From assembly GCA_031360075.1 (NCBI GenBank), contig JANMAX010000221.1:1-52974 (forward strand): a stretch of DNA of 52,974 bases. The letters run 5' to 3'. Shown piece after piece: positions 18,051 through 27,269 of this stretch. This DNA comes from a bacterium (GTDB lineage: Bacteria; Eisenbacteria; RBG-16-71-46). Numbering within the stretch: position 1 is the stretch's first letter; every line of letters starts with the position of its first letter. The translations under genes and the position numbers were made by a program. The notes under the pieces are model-generated. The model worked only from the letters and a program-made list of their open reading frames with translations. It had not been told where the DNA came from and did no database searches.

Positions 18051-19145
18051 ATGAAGCACATCCTGAGCTGCCTGCCGTTGCTGTGCATGATGACCGCGCC
18101 CTTTGCTGGCGCGGTTCCCGCCGTGCCTGCTGCGGTTCCCGGCGAAGACCTGCGCGTGCTGCTCGAGCGCGGGTACTACCGGCGTGCAGCGGCGCTGTGC
18201 GAGCAGCGGCTGACGGTCGATCGCGCTGACGCGGAAGCCGGCTCCGTGCTGTCGCGGGTGCGCGGCGAACAAGGTCGCTATGACGAGGCCATCCAACTGG
18301 CCGAGGCCGCCGCGGCCGCCGCCCCGCGAAATGCGGATGTCCAGTACAGCCTGTCCGAGGCCTATGGCCGCAAGGCCGGCGCCGTCGGCGTGTTCAAGGC
18401 CGCGGGCCTTGCCGGCAAGATGCGCAAGGCCGCCGATGCCGCGCTCGCGATCGATCCGCGGCATCTCGATGCCCTGGAGATCGTGGTCCGCTTCCACATG
18501 CTGGCGCCCGGGTTCATGGGCGGCGACAGGAAGCAGGCCGCCGAGTTCGTCGAGCGGCTGACGCAGGTCGATGCGGCACGCGGCTGGCTGCAGAAGGGCC
18601 AGAACGCCCTGCGCGTCAAGGACACGACGCTGGCCGCCCAGTGCTACGCGCACGCCGCCGAAGTCACGCCACCTTCCGGAGAGGCACTCGTGAGGTATTC
18701 CTCCTGGCTCGCTCCGCGCTGGCGGGACCCGGCACGTTCGGAGCAGTTCGCGTTGCAAGCCGCGGCGCTGGAGCCATGGCGCGCTGGGGCGTGGCAGGTG
18801 CTGGCATCGTTGTACGCCCACGATGAGCGCTGGACGGACCTCGACGATGTGCTCCGGCGATCCGAAGCCGCGGAGCCCTCGCATCTGGCCGCGTGGTACC
18901 AAGCCGGACGTCAGCTGGTGGTGAGCAGGAAAGACCCCGCTCGCGCCGAGCGTTGTCTGCGGCACTACCTGACGCGCGAACCCGAGATCGGCTCGCCGTC
19001 GTGGGCCGCAGCGCACTGGCGCCTGGGACAGGCGCTCGAACAGCAGGGCAGGAGGACCGAGGCCATCGCCGAACTCGAGTCCGCCGTGAAGCTCGACCCC
19101 AAGCTCGATGACGCCAGGAAGGACCTGAAACGCCTGCGCGGTTGA
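18051..19145 (+). CDS. secreted TPR-repeat protein
   Basis: ORF 17961..19145; Met 31 gives the signal peptide MKHILSCLPLLCMMTAPFAGA. Helical-repeat sequence throughout, ending in a canonical TPR (WRLGQALEQQGRRTEAIAELESAVKLDPK). Confidence 0.7.
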   Translation: MKHILSCLPLLCMMTAPFAGAVPAVPAAVPGEDLRVLLERGYYRRAAALCEQRLTVDRADAEAGSVLSRVRGEQGRYDEAIQLAEAAAAAAPRNADVQYSLSEAYGRKAGAVGVFKAAGLAGKMRKAADAALAIDPRHLDALEIVVRFHMLAPGFMGGDRKQAAEFVERLTQVDAARGWLQKGQNALRVKDTTLAAQCYAHAAEVTPPSGEALVRYSSWLAPRWRDPARSEQFALQAAALEPWRAGAWQVLASLYAHDERWTDLDDVLRRSEAAEPSHLAAWYQAGRQLVVSRKDPARAERCLRHYLTREPEIGSPSWAAAHWRLGQALEQQGRRTEAIAELESAVKLDPKLDDARKDLKRLRG

Positions 19146-19621
19146 AGCACGCGGGCACCAAGGTCATCCAGGTCACGCACGCCGAGGACAACGCCCGCTT
19201 CGGCAGCCGTATCGTGCGCCGGCGGGAGGGCTGGATCGACTCCGACGACCCGGCGCGGGTCCGAGCCTGGAGCGCGCGGGGCCGGCTGCCGAGGATCCCG
19301 CGAGCCCATCTGGCATTCCCATGACCATGGCTGGGCGCCGCTCTGGTAACCTTGTCGGGCATTGCGTGCCGCGGCCGCCGTGGCCGGCCAAGCCCTTCCG
19401 GAGACCTCATGTCCGACCGCGATCCGAGCCCGAGACGACTGCGCGCGCTGCTGCTCGGCGGCGTGGCGATGGGATTCGTGACGGTCGCGGCGCTGCTGAT
19501 CGCGCCGCTGTGCCAGACCGCCCGGGCTGCGTCGCTGCCTCCGGTTCCGAGTTCCAGTTCGCGCTTCACCTGAGAGCCGATCCGGCTCCCGTCGGGACCC
19601 GTCACGGATTCCGAGTTCGCG

Positions 19622-19936
19622 TTGTTCCACATGCAGCGAGCGCTCTACGACCCGGTCGACCCCCGGCTGCTGGGGTCGCTGTCGGGAGAGCTGCAGTTCC
19701 GCGTCAACGGCGAGGTGTATCGCTTCGGCGCCGAGCGCACGCTCGACAAGTTCCGCTCCGAGCCCGAGCTGTGGTGCGGCCTGCTGCGCGACCCGGTGAA
19801 CGGCGAGCGCTTCCTGCCCTCGACCCGCTCGCCGCGGCTGTATTTCGTCGGCGGGCCGTATTACTTCATGGGCGATTCGACGCGCGACGTCTTCCTTGCG
19901 GACCCCGGGAAGTTCGAAGTCAAGCGGGCGCTCTAG
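19622..19936 (+). CDS. tandem YHS-like (Cys-less) domain protein; possibly the 3' part of a gene interrupted by an in-frame TGA
   Basis: Two half-repeats: YDPVDP...EVYRFGAERTLDKFRSEPELW and RDPVNGERF...GPYYFMGDSTRDVFLADPGKF. The upstream ORF starting at 19409 (GGAGA + ATG, signal-anchor LLLGGVAMGFVTVAALLIAPL) is in the same frame. It is separated only by TGA 19571-19573. Confidence 0.5.
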   Translation: MFHMQRALYDPVDPRLLGSLSGELQFRVNGEVYRFGAERTLDKFRSEPELWCGLLRDPVNGERFLPSTRSPRLYFVGGPYYFMGDSTRDVFLADPGKFEVKRAL

Positions 19937-20048
19937 CCCGGACCCGGCCTCCCGAGCGGGTTTCATGGCCCGTCGCACCGCTTTCCGCCGCCACGGGCGA
20001 GCCCCGGTCGGAGGTCGCACTCCGCGCCGGCATGCTAGTCTGCCCCGG

Positions 20049-20867
20049 ATGACCCCGACGTCCCGCTACGTGCATGGTACGCACCCCGAGGAGCAGCGCC
20101 GCCTCGCGGACCTCAACGCGCTCATCAACCGTGCCTCGCTCGCCGCACTGTCCCCACAACCGGGCGAGAGTGCGCTCGATGTGGGCAGCGGGCTCGGCCA
20201 GTTCGCACGGGCCATGGCGCGTGCAACCGGCGTGCGAGTGGTGGCGGTCGAACGCTCGTCCGAGCAGTTGGCCCGCGCCCAAGCACTCGCGACCGAGGCA
20301 GGCGAGGGTTCACTCGTGGACTTTCGCGCCGGCGACGCGCTGACACTGCCGCTCGCCGATGGCGAGTGGGGCAGTTTCGCGATCGCGCATGCGCGCTTCC
20401 TGCTCGAGCACGTGCCGGCGCCGCAGGAGGTCGTGAACGTCATGGCGCGCGCGGTACGCCCGGGCGGGCGCGTCGTACTCGAGGACGACGATCACGAAGC
20501 GCTGCGGCTGTGGCCCGAACCGCCGGGCGTCGATACGGTGTGGCGCGCCTACATGCGCACGTATGACCGGCTCGGCAACGATCCGCACGTCGGGCGGCGG
20601 CTGGTGGAGTTGCTGGCGGGCGCCGGGCTCGAGCCGCGCCGCATCGAGTTGCTGCCGTTCGGCGCCTGTTCGGGTGATCCGGCATTCCCCGCCTACGTCG
20701 CCAACCTGGGCGCGATCTTCGCCGGGGCGCGCGATGCCATCCTGGCGACCGGCGGCGTCAGTGCCGCCGCGTTCGATGCGGCGCAGGACGCGCTGCGCGC
20801 ATTCGGTGAGCGTGGCGATGCGGCGTTCTGGTACACGATCAGCTGGGCCGAGGGGGTCCGGCCATGA
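20049..20867 (+). CDS. class I SAM-dependent methyltransferase
   Basis: ORF 19896..20867; Met 52 is taken as the start. Motif I: ALDVGSGLGQFA. Post-I acidic residue and motif II region: VVLEDDD. The stop overlaps the next ATG (ATGA). Confidence 0.8.
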   Translation: MTPTSRYVHGTHPEEQRRLADLNALINRASLAALSPQPGESALDVGSGLGQFARAMARATGVRVVAVERSSEQLARAQALATEAGEGSLVDFRAGDALTLPLADGEWGSFAIAHARFLLEHVPAPQEVVNVMARAVRPGGRVVLEDDDHEALRLWPEPPGVDTVWRAYMRTYDRLGNDPHVGRRLVELLAGAGLEPRRIELLPFGACSGDPAFPAYVANLGAIFAGARDAILATGGVSAAAFDAAQDALRAFGERGDAAFWYTISWAEGVRP

Positions 20868-22234
20868 CGCCGGCAGGCGAACACCCGCCACGCGTGCTGG
20901 TGGCCGACGATGATCCCGACGTGCTGGCGGCGCTCAGGATGCTGTTGAGAGCCGATGCCATCGAAGTCGAGACCGCGACCTCGCCGGCGCTGGCGCTGGC
21001 CGCGCTCGAGCGCCGCGATTTCGACGCCGCCCTGCTCGACCTGAACTACGCCCGCGATACCACGAGCGGCAAGGAAGGCCTGGAACTGGTGGAGCAGTTG
21101 CGCGCCCTCGACCCGACGCTGCCGGTGGTGGTGATGACCGCATGGGGCAGCGTCGAGGGCGCGGTCGCGGCCGTGCGCCGCGGCGCGCGCGACTACGTGC
21201 AGAAGCCGTGGGACAACGCCCGGTTGCTGCAGACACTGCGCACGCAGATCGAACTCGGCCGCTCGTTGCGTGTCGGTCAGCGTCTGGAGCATGAGAACCG
21301 CCTGCTGCGCCGCGACGGCATGCCCGACATGATCGCCGATGCCCCGGCCATGCGTCCGGTGCTCGACCTGCTGGCGCGCGTCGGCCCCAGTGATGCCAAC
21401 GTCCTGGTCACCGGCGAGCACGGCACCGGCAAGGAACTGGTCGCGCGCATGCTGCACGCCAGTTCGCCGCGCGCGACACGTGCGCTCGTCACGGTCAACG
21501 TCGGCGGGCTCGCCGAGGGCGTGTTCGAGAGCGAGTTGTTCGGGCACGTGAAGGGGGCGTACACGGGGGCCAACGCCGACCGTGTCGGACGGTTCGAACT
21601 GGCGGACGGCGGCACGCTGTTCCTGGACGAGATCGCGAACGTACCGTTGGCGCAACAAGCCCGGCTGCTTCGCGTGCTGCAGACCGGTGAGTTCGAGCGC
21701 GTCGGCAGCTCGCGCACGCGCCGGGTCAGTGTGCGGCTGGTCTCGGCGACCAACGCCGATCTGCATGCAGAAGCGGCCGCTGGCCGCTTCCGCGAAGACC
21801 TGCTGTTCCGCATCAACACGGTCGAAGTCCGGCTGCCGGCGCTGCGCGAGCGGCGCGAGGACCTCCCGGCGCTGGCGTCGCACTTTCTGCGCCGGCACGC
21901 CCAGCGCTACCGGAAGCCGGTCGAGTCGCTCGATGCCGAAGCGCTGCGTGCGCTGCTGGCGCACCCCTGGCCCGGCAACGTGCGCGAGCTGGATCACGTG
22001 CTCGAACGCGCCGTGCTCATGGCACGCGGGGCCGTGCTCGAGGCCGGCGATCTCGGCTTGCGCGCGCCCTCGAGCGGTGCGCCGGCGCTGGAGCAGATGA
22101 CGCTCGACGAGGTCGAGCGTGTGCTCATCCAGAAGGCGCTGGCGCGGCATGGCGGCAATATCAGCGATGCGGCCAGGACGCTCGGGCTGTCGCGCAGCGC
22201 GCTCTACCGCCGGCTCGAGCGCCACGGACTATAG
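20864..22234 (+). CDS. sigma-54-dependent response regulator (NtrC family)
   Basis: REC domain: VLVADDDPDV...ALLDLNY. AAA+ Walker A: GEHGTGKE. Sigma-54 contact loop GAYTGA, a variant of GAFTGA. Also ESELFGH and RFREDLLFRI. C-terminal Fis-type HTH: GNISDAARTLGLSRSALYRRL. Confidence 0.9.
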   Translation: MTPAGEHPPRVLVADDDPDVLAALRMLLRADAIEVETATSPALALAALERRDFDAALLDLNYARDTTSGKEGLELVEQLRALDPTLPVVVMTAWGSVEGAVAAVRRGARDYVQKPWDNARLLQTLRTQIELGRSLRVGQRLEHENRLLRRDGMPDMIADAPAMRPVLDLLARVGPSDANVLVTGEHGTGKELVARMLHASSPRATRALVTVNVGGLAEGVFESELFGHVKGAYTGANADRVGRFELADGGTLFLDEIANVPLAQQARLLRVLQTGEFERVGSSRTRRVSVRLVSATNADLHAEAAAGRFREDLLFRINTVEVRLPALRERREDLPALASHFLRRHAQRYRKPVESLDAEALRALLAHPWPGNVRELDHVLERAVLMARGAVLEAGDLGLRAPSSGAPALEQMTLDEVERVLIQKALARHGGNISDAARTLGLSRSALYRRLERHGL

Positions 22235-22237
22235 AAG

Positions 22238-23593
22238 TTGCCCGCCCGCAGGAGGCGCGGTCCGCGCTGGGAATCCCAGCTCCTGCTGCTGACGCTGGCC
22301 GCGGGCGCGCCCTCGCTGGCCGTCGCCGTCGCGTTGCTGTGGCGCGCGCCGTTCGACCCGAGCGTGAAGCTGCTGCTGGTCACGGTGCTGGCGCTGGCCT
22401 GTCTGATGTGTGCGGCGCTCGTGGCCGAGCGCGCCGTGCGCCCGATGCAGACGCTCGCCAACATGATGGCCGCGATCCGCGAAGGGGACACGTCGATCCG
22501 GGCGCGCGGCGCCGATCCCGAGGGCGCACTCGGTCTGGCGTTGTGGGAGATCAACGCGCTGACCGACTCGGTGCGCCGCCAGCGCTTTGGTGCCATCGCC
22601 GCCACCGCGCTGCTGCAGCGCGTCATGGATTCGGTCGATGTGGCGATGTTCGGCTTCGACCATGACCACCGGCTCCGGCTGGTGAACGGCGAGGGCGAGC
22701 GCCTGCTCGGCCGGCCCGCCGAACGCGCGCTCGGACTCGAGGCCGCATGGCTCGGGCTGGCGCCCGTGCTCGAGGGGGACACGCCGCGCCTGGTCGAACT
22801 CAAGCTGGCGGGGGTGTCGGGACGATGGGAGCTCCGTCGCGGCGGCTACGTCATGGAGGGCCGGGCTCACGAACTCGTGCTGCTCACGGACCTGTCGCGC
22901 ACGTTGCGCGAGGAAGAGCGCCAGGCGTGGCTGAGGCTGATCCGGGTGCTGTCACACGAGATCAACAACTCGCTGGCGCCGATCCAGAGCATCGCGGGCA
23001 GCCTGCGCACGCTGCTCGAGCGTTCGCCGGCCGCGGCGGTGCCCGCCGCCGACCTGAGCGAGGGGCTCGGCATCATCGAGACCCGTGCCCAGGCGCTCGC
23101 GCGTTTCATGCATGCCTACGCACGGCTCGCGCGCCTGCCCAAGCCCGTGCTCGCTCCGGTCGACGCCACCGGCTGGGTGCGGCGCGTGGCCGCACTCGAA
23201 ACCCGCCTGCCGGTCGAGGTGGCCGCCGGCCCGGCCGTGACCATCGCTGCCGATGGCGACCAGCTGGAACAGTTGCTCATCAACCTCGTGCGCAACGCGG
23301 CGGACGCCGCGCTCGAGACGCGTGGACGGGTATGGGTGGAGTGGGACCTCGAAGCCGAGTGGTTCGAGTTGCGCGTGCACGATGAAGGCCCGGGGCTCGC
23401 TGACACCGCCAACCTGTTCGTGCCGTTCTTCACGACGAAGCCGCAGGGCACCGGTATCGGTCTGGCGCTGTCCCGGCAGATCGCCGAAGCGCACGACGGC
23501 TCGCTGACGCTGGAGAATCGCGGCGCCGACAGCGCCACCGGCCGGCGGCCGGGCTGCACGGCACGCGTGCGGCTGCCGCACACGCCCGATTGA
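22238..23593 (+). CDS. sensor histidine kinase
   Basis: TTG start 4 nt after the regulator stop (start uncertain). Two TM segments and a HAMP-like linker. H-box: SHEINNSLAPI. N and G boxes: LINLVRNAADA, DEGPGL, GTGIGLALSRQI. Confidence 0.8.
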   Translation: MPARRRRGPRWESQLLLLTLAAGAPSLAVAVALLWRAPFDPSVKLLLVTVLALACLMCAALVAERAVRPMQTLANMMAAIREGDTSIRARGADPEGALGLALWEINALTDSVRRQRFGAIAATALLQRVMDSVDVAMFGFDHDHRLRLVNGEGERLLGRPAERALGLEAAWLGLAPVLEGDTPRLVELKLAGVSGRWELRRGGYVMEGRAHELVLLTDLSRTLREEERQAWLRLIRVLSHEINNSLAPIQSIAGSLRTLLERSPAAAVPAADLSEGLGIIETRAQALARFMHAYARLARLPKPVLAPVDATGWVRRVAALETRLPVEVAAGPAVTIAADGDQLEQLLINLVRNAADAALETRGRVWVEWDLEAEWFELRVHDEGPGLADTANLFVPFFTTKPQGTGIGLALSRQIAEAHDGSLTLENRGADSATGRRPGCTARVRLPHTPD

Positions 23594-23627
23594 GCCTGCG
23601 CCAACGCGCGCGCTCCTGCTGCCCGGC

Positions 23628-23642
23628 TGGCACTCGCTCCGC
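23628..23642 (+). promoter_or_regulatory. sigma-54-like promoter element TGGCAC-N5-CCGC
   Basis: TGGCACtcgctCCGC has the exact GG-N10-GC spacing. The -12 element is CCGC rather than TTGC. It lies ~220 nt upstream of the carboxyltransferase ATG and just downstream of the NtrC-type pair. Confidence 0.25.
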
Positions 23643-23860
23643 GCCACGCGGCCCCGGGTGCGTACCGATGCGCAGCGTGTGCGTGCCGTCCCCGTTCAGG
23701 TGCATGCGGGCGCCGTGAGAGTGTCGCCGGCCGGCACACGCGGTCCGACGCCGGGCGCTGCGTCGCGTGCGTCAACCCGGTGCCGCTGCTATAACTGCCG
23801 GGCTGTCCCCGCCCCGTTCGGGACGGGAGCCCTGGGCCCCGGAGCACTGCGCGCACCGAC

Positions 23861-25468
23861 ATGGAACGCCTGGAGTCGCACCTCGACCCGCAGAGTGCCG
23901 AGTTCCTCGCCAACGCCGCGCACCATCGCGGCCTTGCGGGGGAGCTTCGCCAGCGCCTCGCCACCGTCAAGCTCGGCGGCGGCGTCGAACAAGTGAAGCG
24001 CCACACCGCGCGCGGCAAGCTGTTCGTGCGCGACCGCGTCGAGCTGTTGATCGACCGTGGCACGGCATTCCTCGAGCTGTCACCACTCGCTGCCAATGGC
24101 CTGTACGGTGACGAGGCGCCGAGTGCAGGGGTCATCACCGGCATCGGCCGCGTGCATGGCCGGCACGTCATGGTGGTCGCCAACGATGCCACCGTGAAGG
24201 GCGGCAGCTATCTGCCCATGACCGTCAAGAAGCACTTGCGCGCGCAGGAGATCGCACTCGAGAACCGCCTGCCGTGCGTCTATCTGGTGGACTCCGGCGG
24301 GGCGTTCCTGCCGCTGCAGGCCGACGTGTTCCCGGACCGCGAGCACTTCGGTCGCATCTTCTACAATCAGGCGCGCGCCTCTGCGCTCGGCATCCCGCAG
24401 GTCGCCGCGGTCATGGGCTCGTGCACCGCGGGCGGCGCGTACGTGCCGGCCATGAGCGACGAAGCCATCATCGTCAAGAATCAGGGCACCATCTTCCTGG
24501 CGGGTCCGCCGCTCGTGAAGGCGGCCACCGGGGAGGAGGTCACCGCCGAGGAGTTGGGCGGCGGTGACGTGCACACGCGCATCAGCGGTGTCGCCGATCA
24601 CCTGGCCGACGACGACGCGCACGCGCTCGAGATGGCGCGCGAGATCGTCTCGCACCTGGGAATCGCTCGCGGGGCGACGCTCGCGCTGCGGGAGCCCGAG
24701 CCCCCCGCGTACGACCCGGCCGGGATCCATGGTGTGCTGCCGCGCGACAACCGCACGCCCTACGACGTGCGCGAGATCATCGCGCGGCTGGTGGACGGCT
24801 CGCGCTTCCACGAGTTCAAGGCGCGCTACGGCACGACACTCGTGTGCGGGTTCGCGCACTTGCAGGGCATGCCGGTCGCGATCCTCGCCAACCAGGGCAT
24901 CCTGTTCAGCGAGTCGGCGCTCAAGGGCACGCACTTCATCGAATTGGCCGCCCAGCGCGGCGTGCCGCTGCTGTTCCTGCAGAACATCACCGGCTTCATG
25001 GTCGGCCGCGAGTACGAGCACGGCGGCATCGCCAAGGACGGCGCCAAGCTGGTGCACGCCGTGGCGAACGCGCCGGTCCCCAAGCTCACGGTGATCATTG
25101 GCGGCAGTTTCGGCGCCGGCAACTACGGCATGTGCGGCCGCGCCTACCAGCCGCGGTTCCTGTACATGTGGCCCAACAGCCGCATCAGCGTCATGGGTGG
25201 CGAACAGGCCGCGAGCGTGCTGGCGCAGGTGCGCCAGGATGGCCTGAAAGGCGCGGGCAAGCCGATGAGCGACGACGAAGTGCGCGCGTTCAAGCAGCCG
25301 ATCCTGGACAAGTACGAAGAGGAAGGCAGCCCGTACTACTCGACCGCGCGGCTCTGGGACGACGGCGTCATCGATCCGGCCTCGACGCGCGACGTGCTGG
25401 CCATGTCACTGGCGGCGACGCTCAACGCGCCGATCCCCGAGATGAAGTTCGGCGTGTTCCGCATGTAG
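23861..25468 (+). CDS. acyl-CoA carboxylase carboxyltransferase (beta) subunit, methylcrotonyl-CoA carboxylase type
   Basis: 535 aa. Contains [47 protein letters not shown] and [17 protein letters not shown] second carboxyltransferase half contains [11 protein letters not shown]. Context: an enoyl-CoA hydratase and a biotin carboxylase lie further downstream. Confidence 0.88.
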   Translation: MERLESHLDPQSAEFLANAAHHRGLAGELRQRLATVKLGGGVEQVKRHTARGKLFVRDRVELLIDRGTAFLELSPLAANGLYGDEAPSAGVITGIGRVHGRHVMVVANDATVKGGSYLPMTVKKHLRAQEIALENRLPCVYLVDSGGAFLPLQADVFPDREHFGRIFYNQARASALGIPQVAAVMGSCTAGGAYVPAMSDEAIIVKNQGTIFLAGPPLVKAATGEEVTAEELGGGDVHTRISGVADHLADDDAHALEMAREIVSHLGIARGATLALREPEPPAYDPAGIHGVLPRDNRTPYDVREIIARLVDGSRFHEFKARYGTTLVCGFAHLQGMPVAILANQGILFSESALKGTHFIELAAQRGVPLLFLQNITGFMVGREYEHGGIAKDGAKLVHAVANAPVPKLTVIIGGSFGAGNYGMCGRAYQPRFLYMWPNSRISVMGGEQAASVLAQVRQDGLKGAGKPMSDDEVRAFKQPILDKYEEEGSPYYSTARLWDDGVIDPASTRDVLAMSLAATLNAPIPEMKFGVFRM

Positions 25469-25531
25469 GGGTACGGCCGTTGCGCGCCAGCCCCCGGAGC
25501 CATGCGGCTCAGGGGGCTGGCGCCTGGCGCG

Positions 25532-26170
25532 CTAGTCCAGCCGCACCGCGGCCTCGCCGACGCCGACGTGCAGGCGCACACTCGACCGTCCGGTGCCGCC
25601 CGACCACATGGCGTGCGATCCGATGAAGCCGCGGCTCGCGGTGCTGGTTCCGCCGCCGCGGATGGCGGCCTCGCCGACGCCGGCCTCGACACTCACGTGA
25701 CTTGCGCGGGCGCGCGCCATGCGGATGTCGGCATCGCCCACGCCCAGGTCGACGTCGAGGTCGCCTTCGAGGCCCTCGATGGCGAGTTCGCCCACGCCCA
25801 TCTCGACGCGCAACGCGAGCGCGCGCGGCACATGCAGCTCGCCGATCACCGTGAGGCCCTTGTTGTGCCACTTGGGGTACTTATCGAGTTTCAGGTGCAG
25901 CGTACCGCCCTCGTCGTGGCTCTCGAGCACCAGGCGGTTGGCGAGTTCCTCGCAACGCTCGCCGGCGCTGCCGCGGCAGCGCACTTTCAAGTCGAAGCGC
26001 ACATGCGACTCGTCGCTCGGCAGGATCCGGAGCTCGCCGACCGGGAACTCGATGTGGACGCGATGCTTCGCGGTCACGGGGAAAGTGTGCGGCTCGGTCT
26101 CGAGCACCGCGGCGCGCAGCGGTGCGGCCGCGAGCACGAGCAACGCGGTCAGGATGAGCGTGGACTTCAT
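25532..26170 (-). CDS. secreted beta-strand repeat protein (DUF4097/Toastrack-like)
   Basis: ORF 25532..26206; Met 13 gives the signal peptide MKSTLILTALLVLAAAPLRA. The C-terminal half is built of short repeated strands: MGVGELAIEG, VDLGVGDADIRM, VEAGVGEAAIRG, LHVGVGEAAVRL. Confidence 0.65.
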   Translation of the reverse strand: MKSTLILTALLVLAAAPLRAAVLETEPHTFPVTAKHRVHIEFPVGELRILPSDESHVRFDLKVRCRGSAGERCEELANRLVLESHDEGGTLHLKLDKYPKWHNKGLTVIGELHVPRALALRVEMGVGELAIEGLEGDLDVDLGVGDADIRMARARASHVSVEAGVGEAAIRGGGTSTASRGFIGSHAMWSGGTGRSSVRLHVGVGEAAVRLD

Positions 26171-26648
26171 GTCGACCTCCATCGGCCCTGGCGAGCTGGG
26201 CCCCATCGGGTGGGCCGCGTGGGAACACGGCGGCCGCGGGGAGCGGGAAGAGCTTCCGTCTGGCGCACGGGGTTCCGCGCCGGCGGGCGTCGCAGTCCCT
26301 TACGGCCGGAAGCGCCCGGGAGTTGCGCACGGGCATGGTTCGCCCGCGTGCCGGCGGTGCGTACCCGCGGGCACCAAAACGGCTCTCAATGATTCGGCCT
26401 CAGCCGTCGAGGCCGCAGGCACGAAGCGCATGGGCGCCGGGGTGAGCCCGGGGCCGAAGCGCTGGAAGTTGCTTTGTAGAAAAACTTCTGAGCCCCCGTC
26501 GCGGAGTGCTGTCGTGATCGAGCTGAAGTCTGACCTGTCTGGCTCGCAGCCGGCTGCCGCCGGTTCGGCCTCGGCGAACGCGTATGACCTGAAATCCTGC
26601 GTGCTCAAGTCCCGCCGCGCGTCCAAGCTCTCGGCGGCGGCGCTGCTC

Positions 26649-26832
26649 ACTGTGGTGCGCCCGCTGAGCGATCCCAACGCCGCCTCGTCACCAACCGCGC
26701 AAGTCGTTGCGAACATTGCGGCCCAATTGTCACCGGTGACAGTTGTCCCAACGTTCTTGGACGAATCAGCGAAGTCGGCGGAACCACTTTGCGCCGGTGA
26801 CGAGGCTCATGCGGTGCGTCAGGTCGTCTCGC
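26649..26832 (+). repeat. 184-nt conserved intergenic element, copy A (candidate structured RNA or REP/MITE-like element)
   Basis: Gapless alignment to 47560-47743, with ~18 mismatches by hand count. The 57-nt core 26695-26751 is identical. It contains the palindrome CAATTGTCACCGGTGACAGTTG (26724-26745). No frame-consistent ORF. Confidence 0.65.
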
Positions 26833-26945
26833 AGGAGGTCATCGCGGCCGCTGCTAACCGCGGCTTGGAGTCCGTGCCGGAGGAAGTGCTGGCCAACATC
26901 GCGGACGCGGTCGCCCTGTCCCGCGTGCCGCGGTGCGTGCGGTTT

Positions 26946-27074
26946 CCGAGCGCCAGAGCCGAACAGGCGAACGCGGCGAGCGCCGACTCCGAGCGCCAGC
27001 GCCGAACATGCGAACGCGGCGAGAGCCGACTCCGAGCGCCAGAGCCGAACAGGCGAACGTGGCGAGCGCCGAAA
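26946..27074. repeat. tandem repeat, 3 x 43 bp
   Basis: Units start at 26946, 26989 and 27032 (CCGAGCGCCAGAGCCGAACAGGCGAACGCGGCGAGCGCCGACT), with 2-4 substitutions per unit. The period is not divisible by 3. Intergenic, ~200 nt upstream of the kinase gene. Confidence 0.8.
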
Positions 27075-27269
27075 CCCAAGCGTGAGCGCGCGTGAAGCAT
27101 GAGAAAGCGCAGCGGCCGGCGGACGGTCGGGACACGGCAGCGCACTCGCAGGGCGCTCCGTGAACGTGGGGGTGTCGGCGTTGCAGGACTCTTTCGCGGG
27201 CAGCCATGAAAGAGGCCCTGACGGCACGGGTTCGACAACGTGATGCAGGATCGCTGAAAGCCATTTAGG

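Noticed and set aside
19571-19573. In-frame TGA as selenocysteine or alternative genetic code.
   Set aside because: Many genes in the window terminate with TGA. I see no SECIS-like hairpin immediately downstream. The residue context (RFT-x-EPI linker) is not a redox motif.
20028-20043. Sigma-54-like CGGCATGCTAGTCTGC just upstream of the methyltransferase / NtrC-type operon.
   Set aside because: The GG to GC spacing is one nucleotide too long, and the motif ends only 5 nt before the ATG.
26300-26716. Conserved small protein starting MFATTCA on the minus strand of both copies of the 184-nt element (also 47403..47627).
   Set aside because: Amino-acid similarity stops exactly where nucleotide similarity stops (~23 codons). 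The ORF lengths (138 vs 74 aa) and C-termini are unrelated. There is no Shine-Dalgarno sequence. Substitutions show no synonymous bias in this or the + frame.
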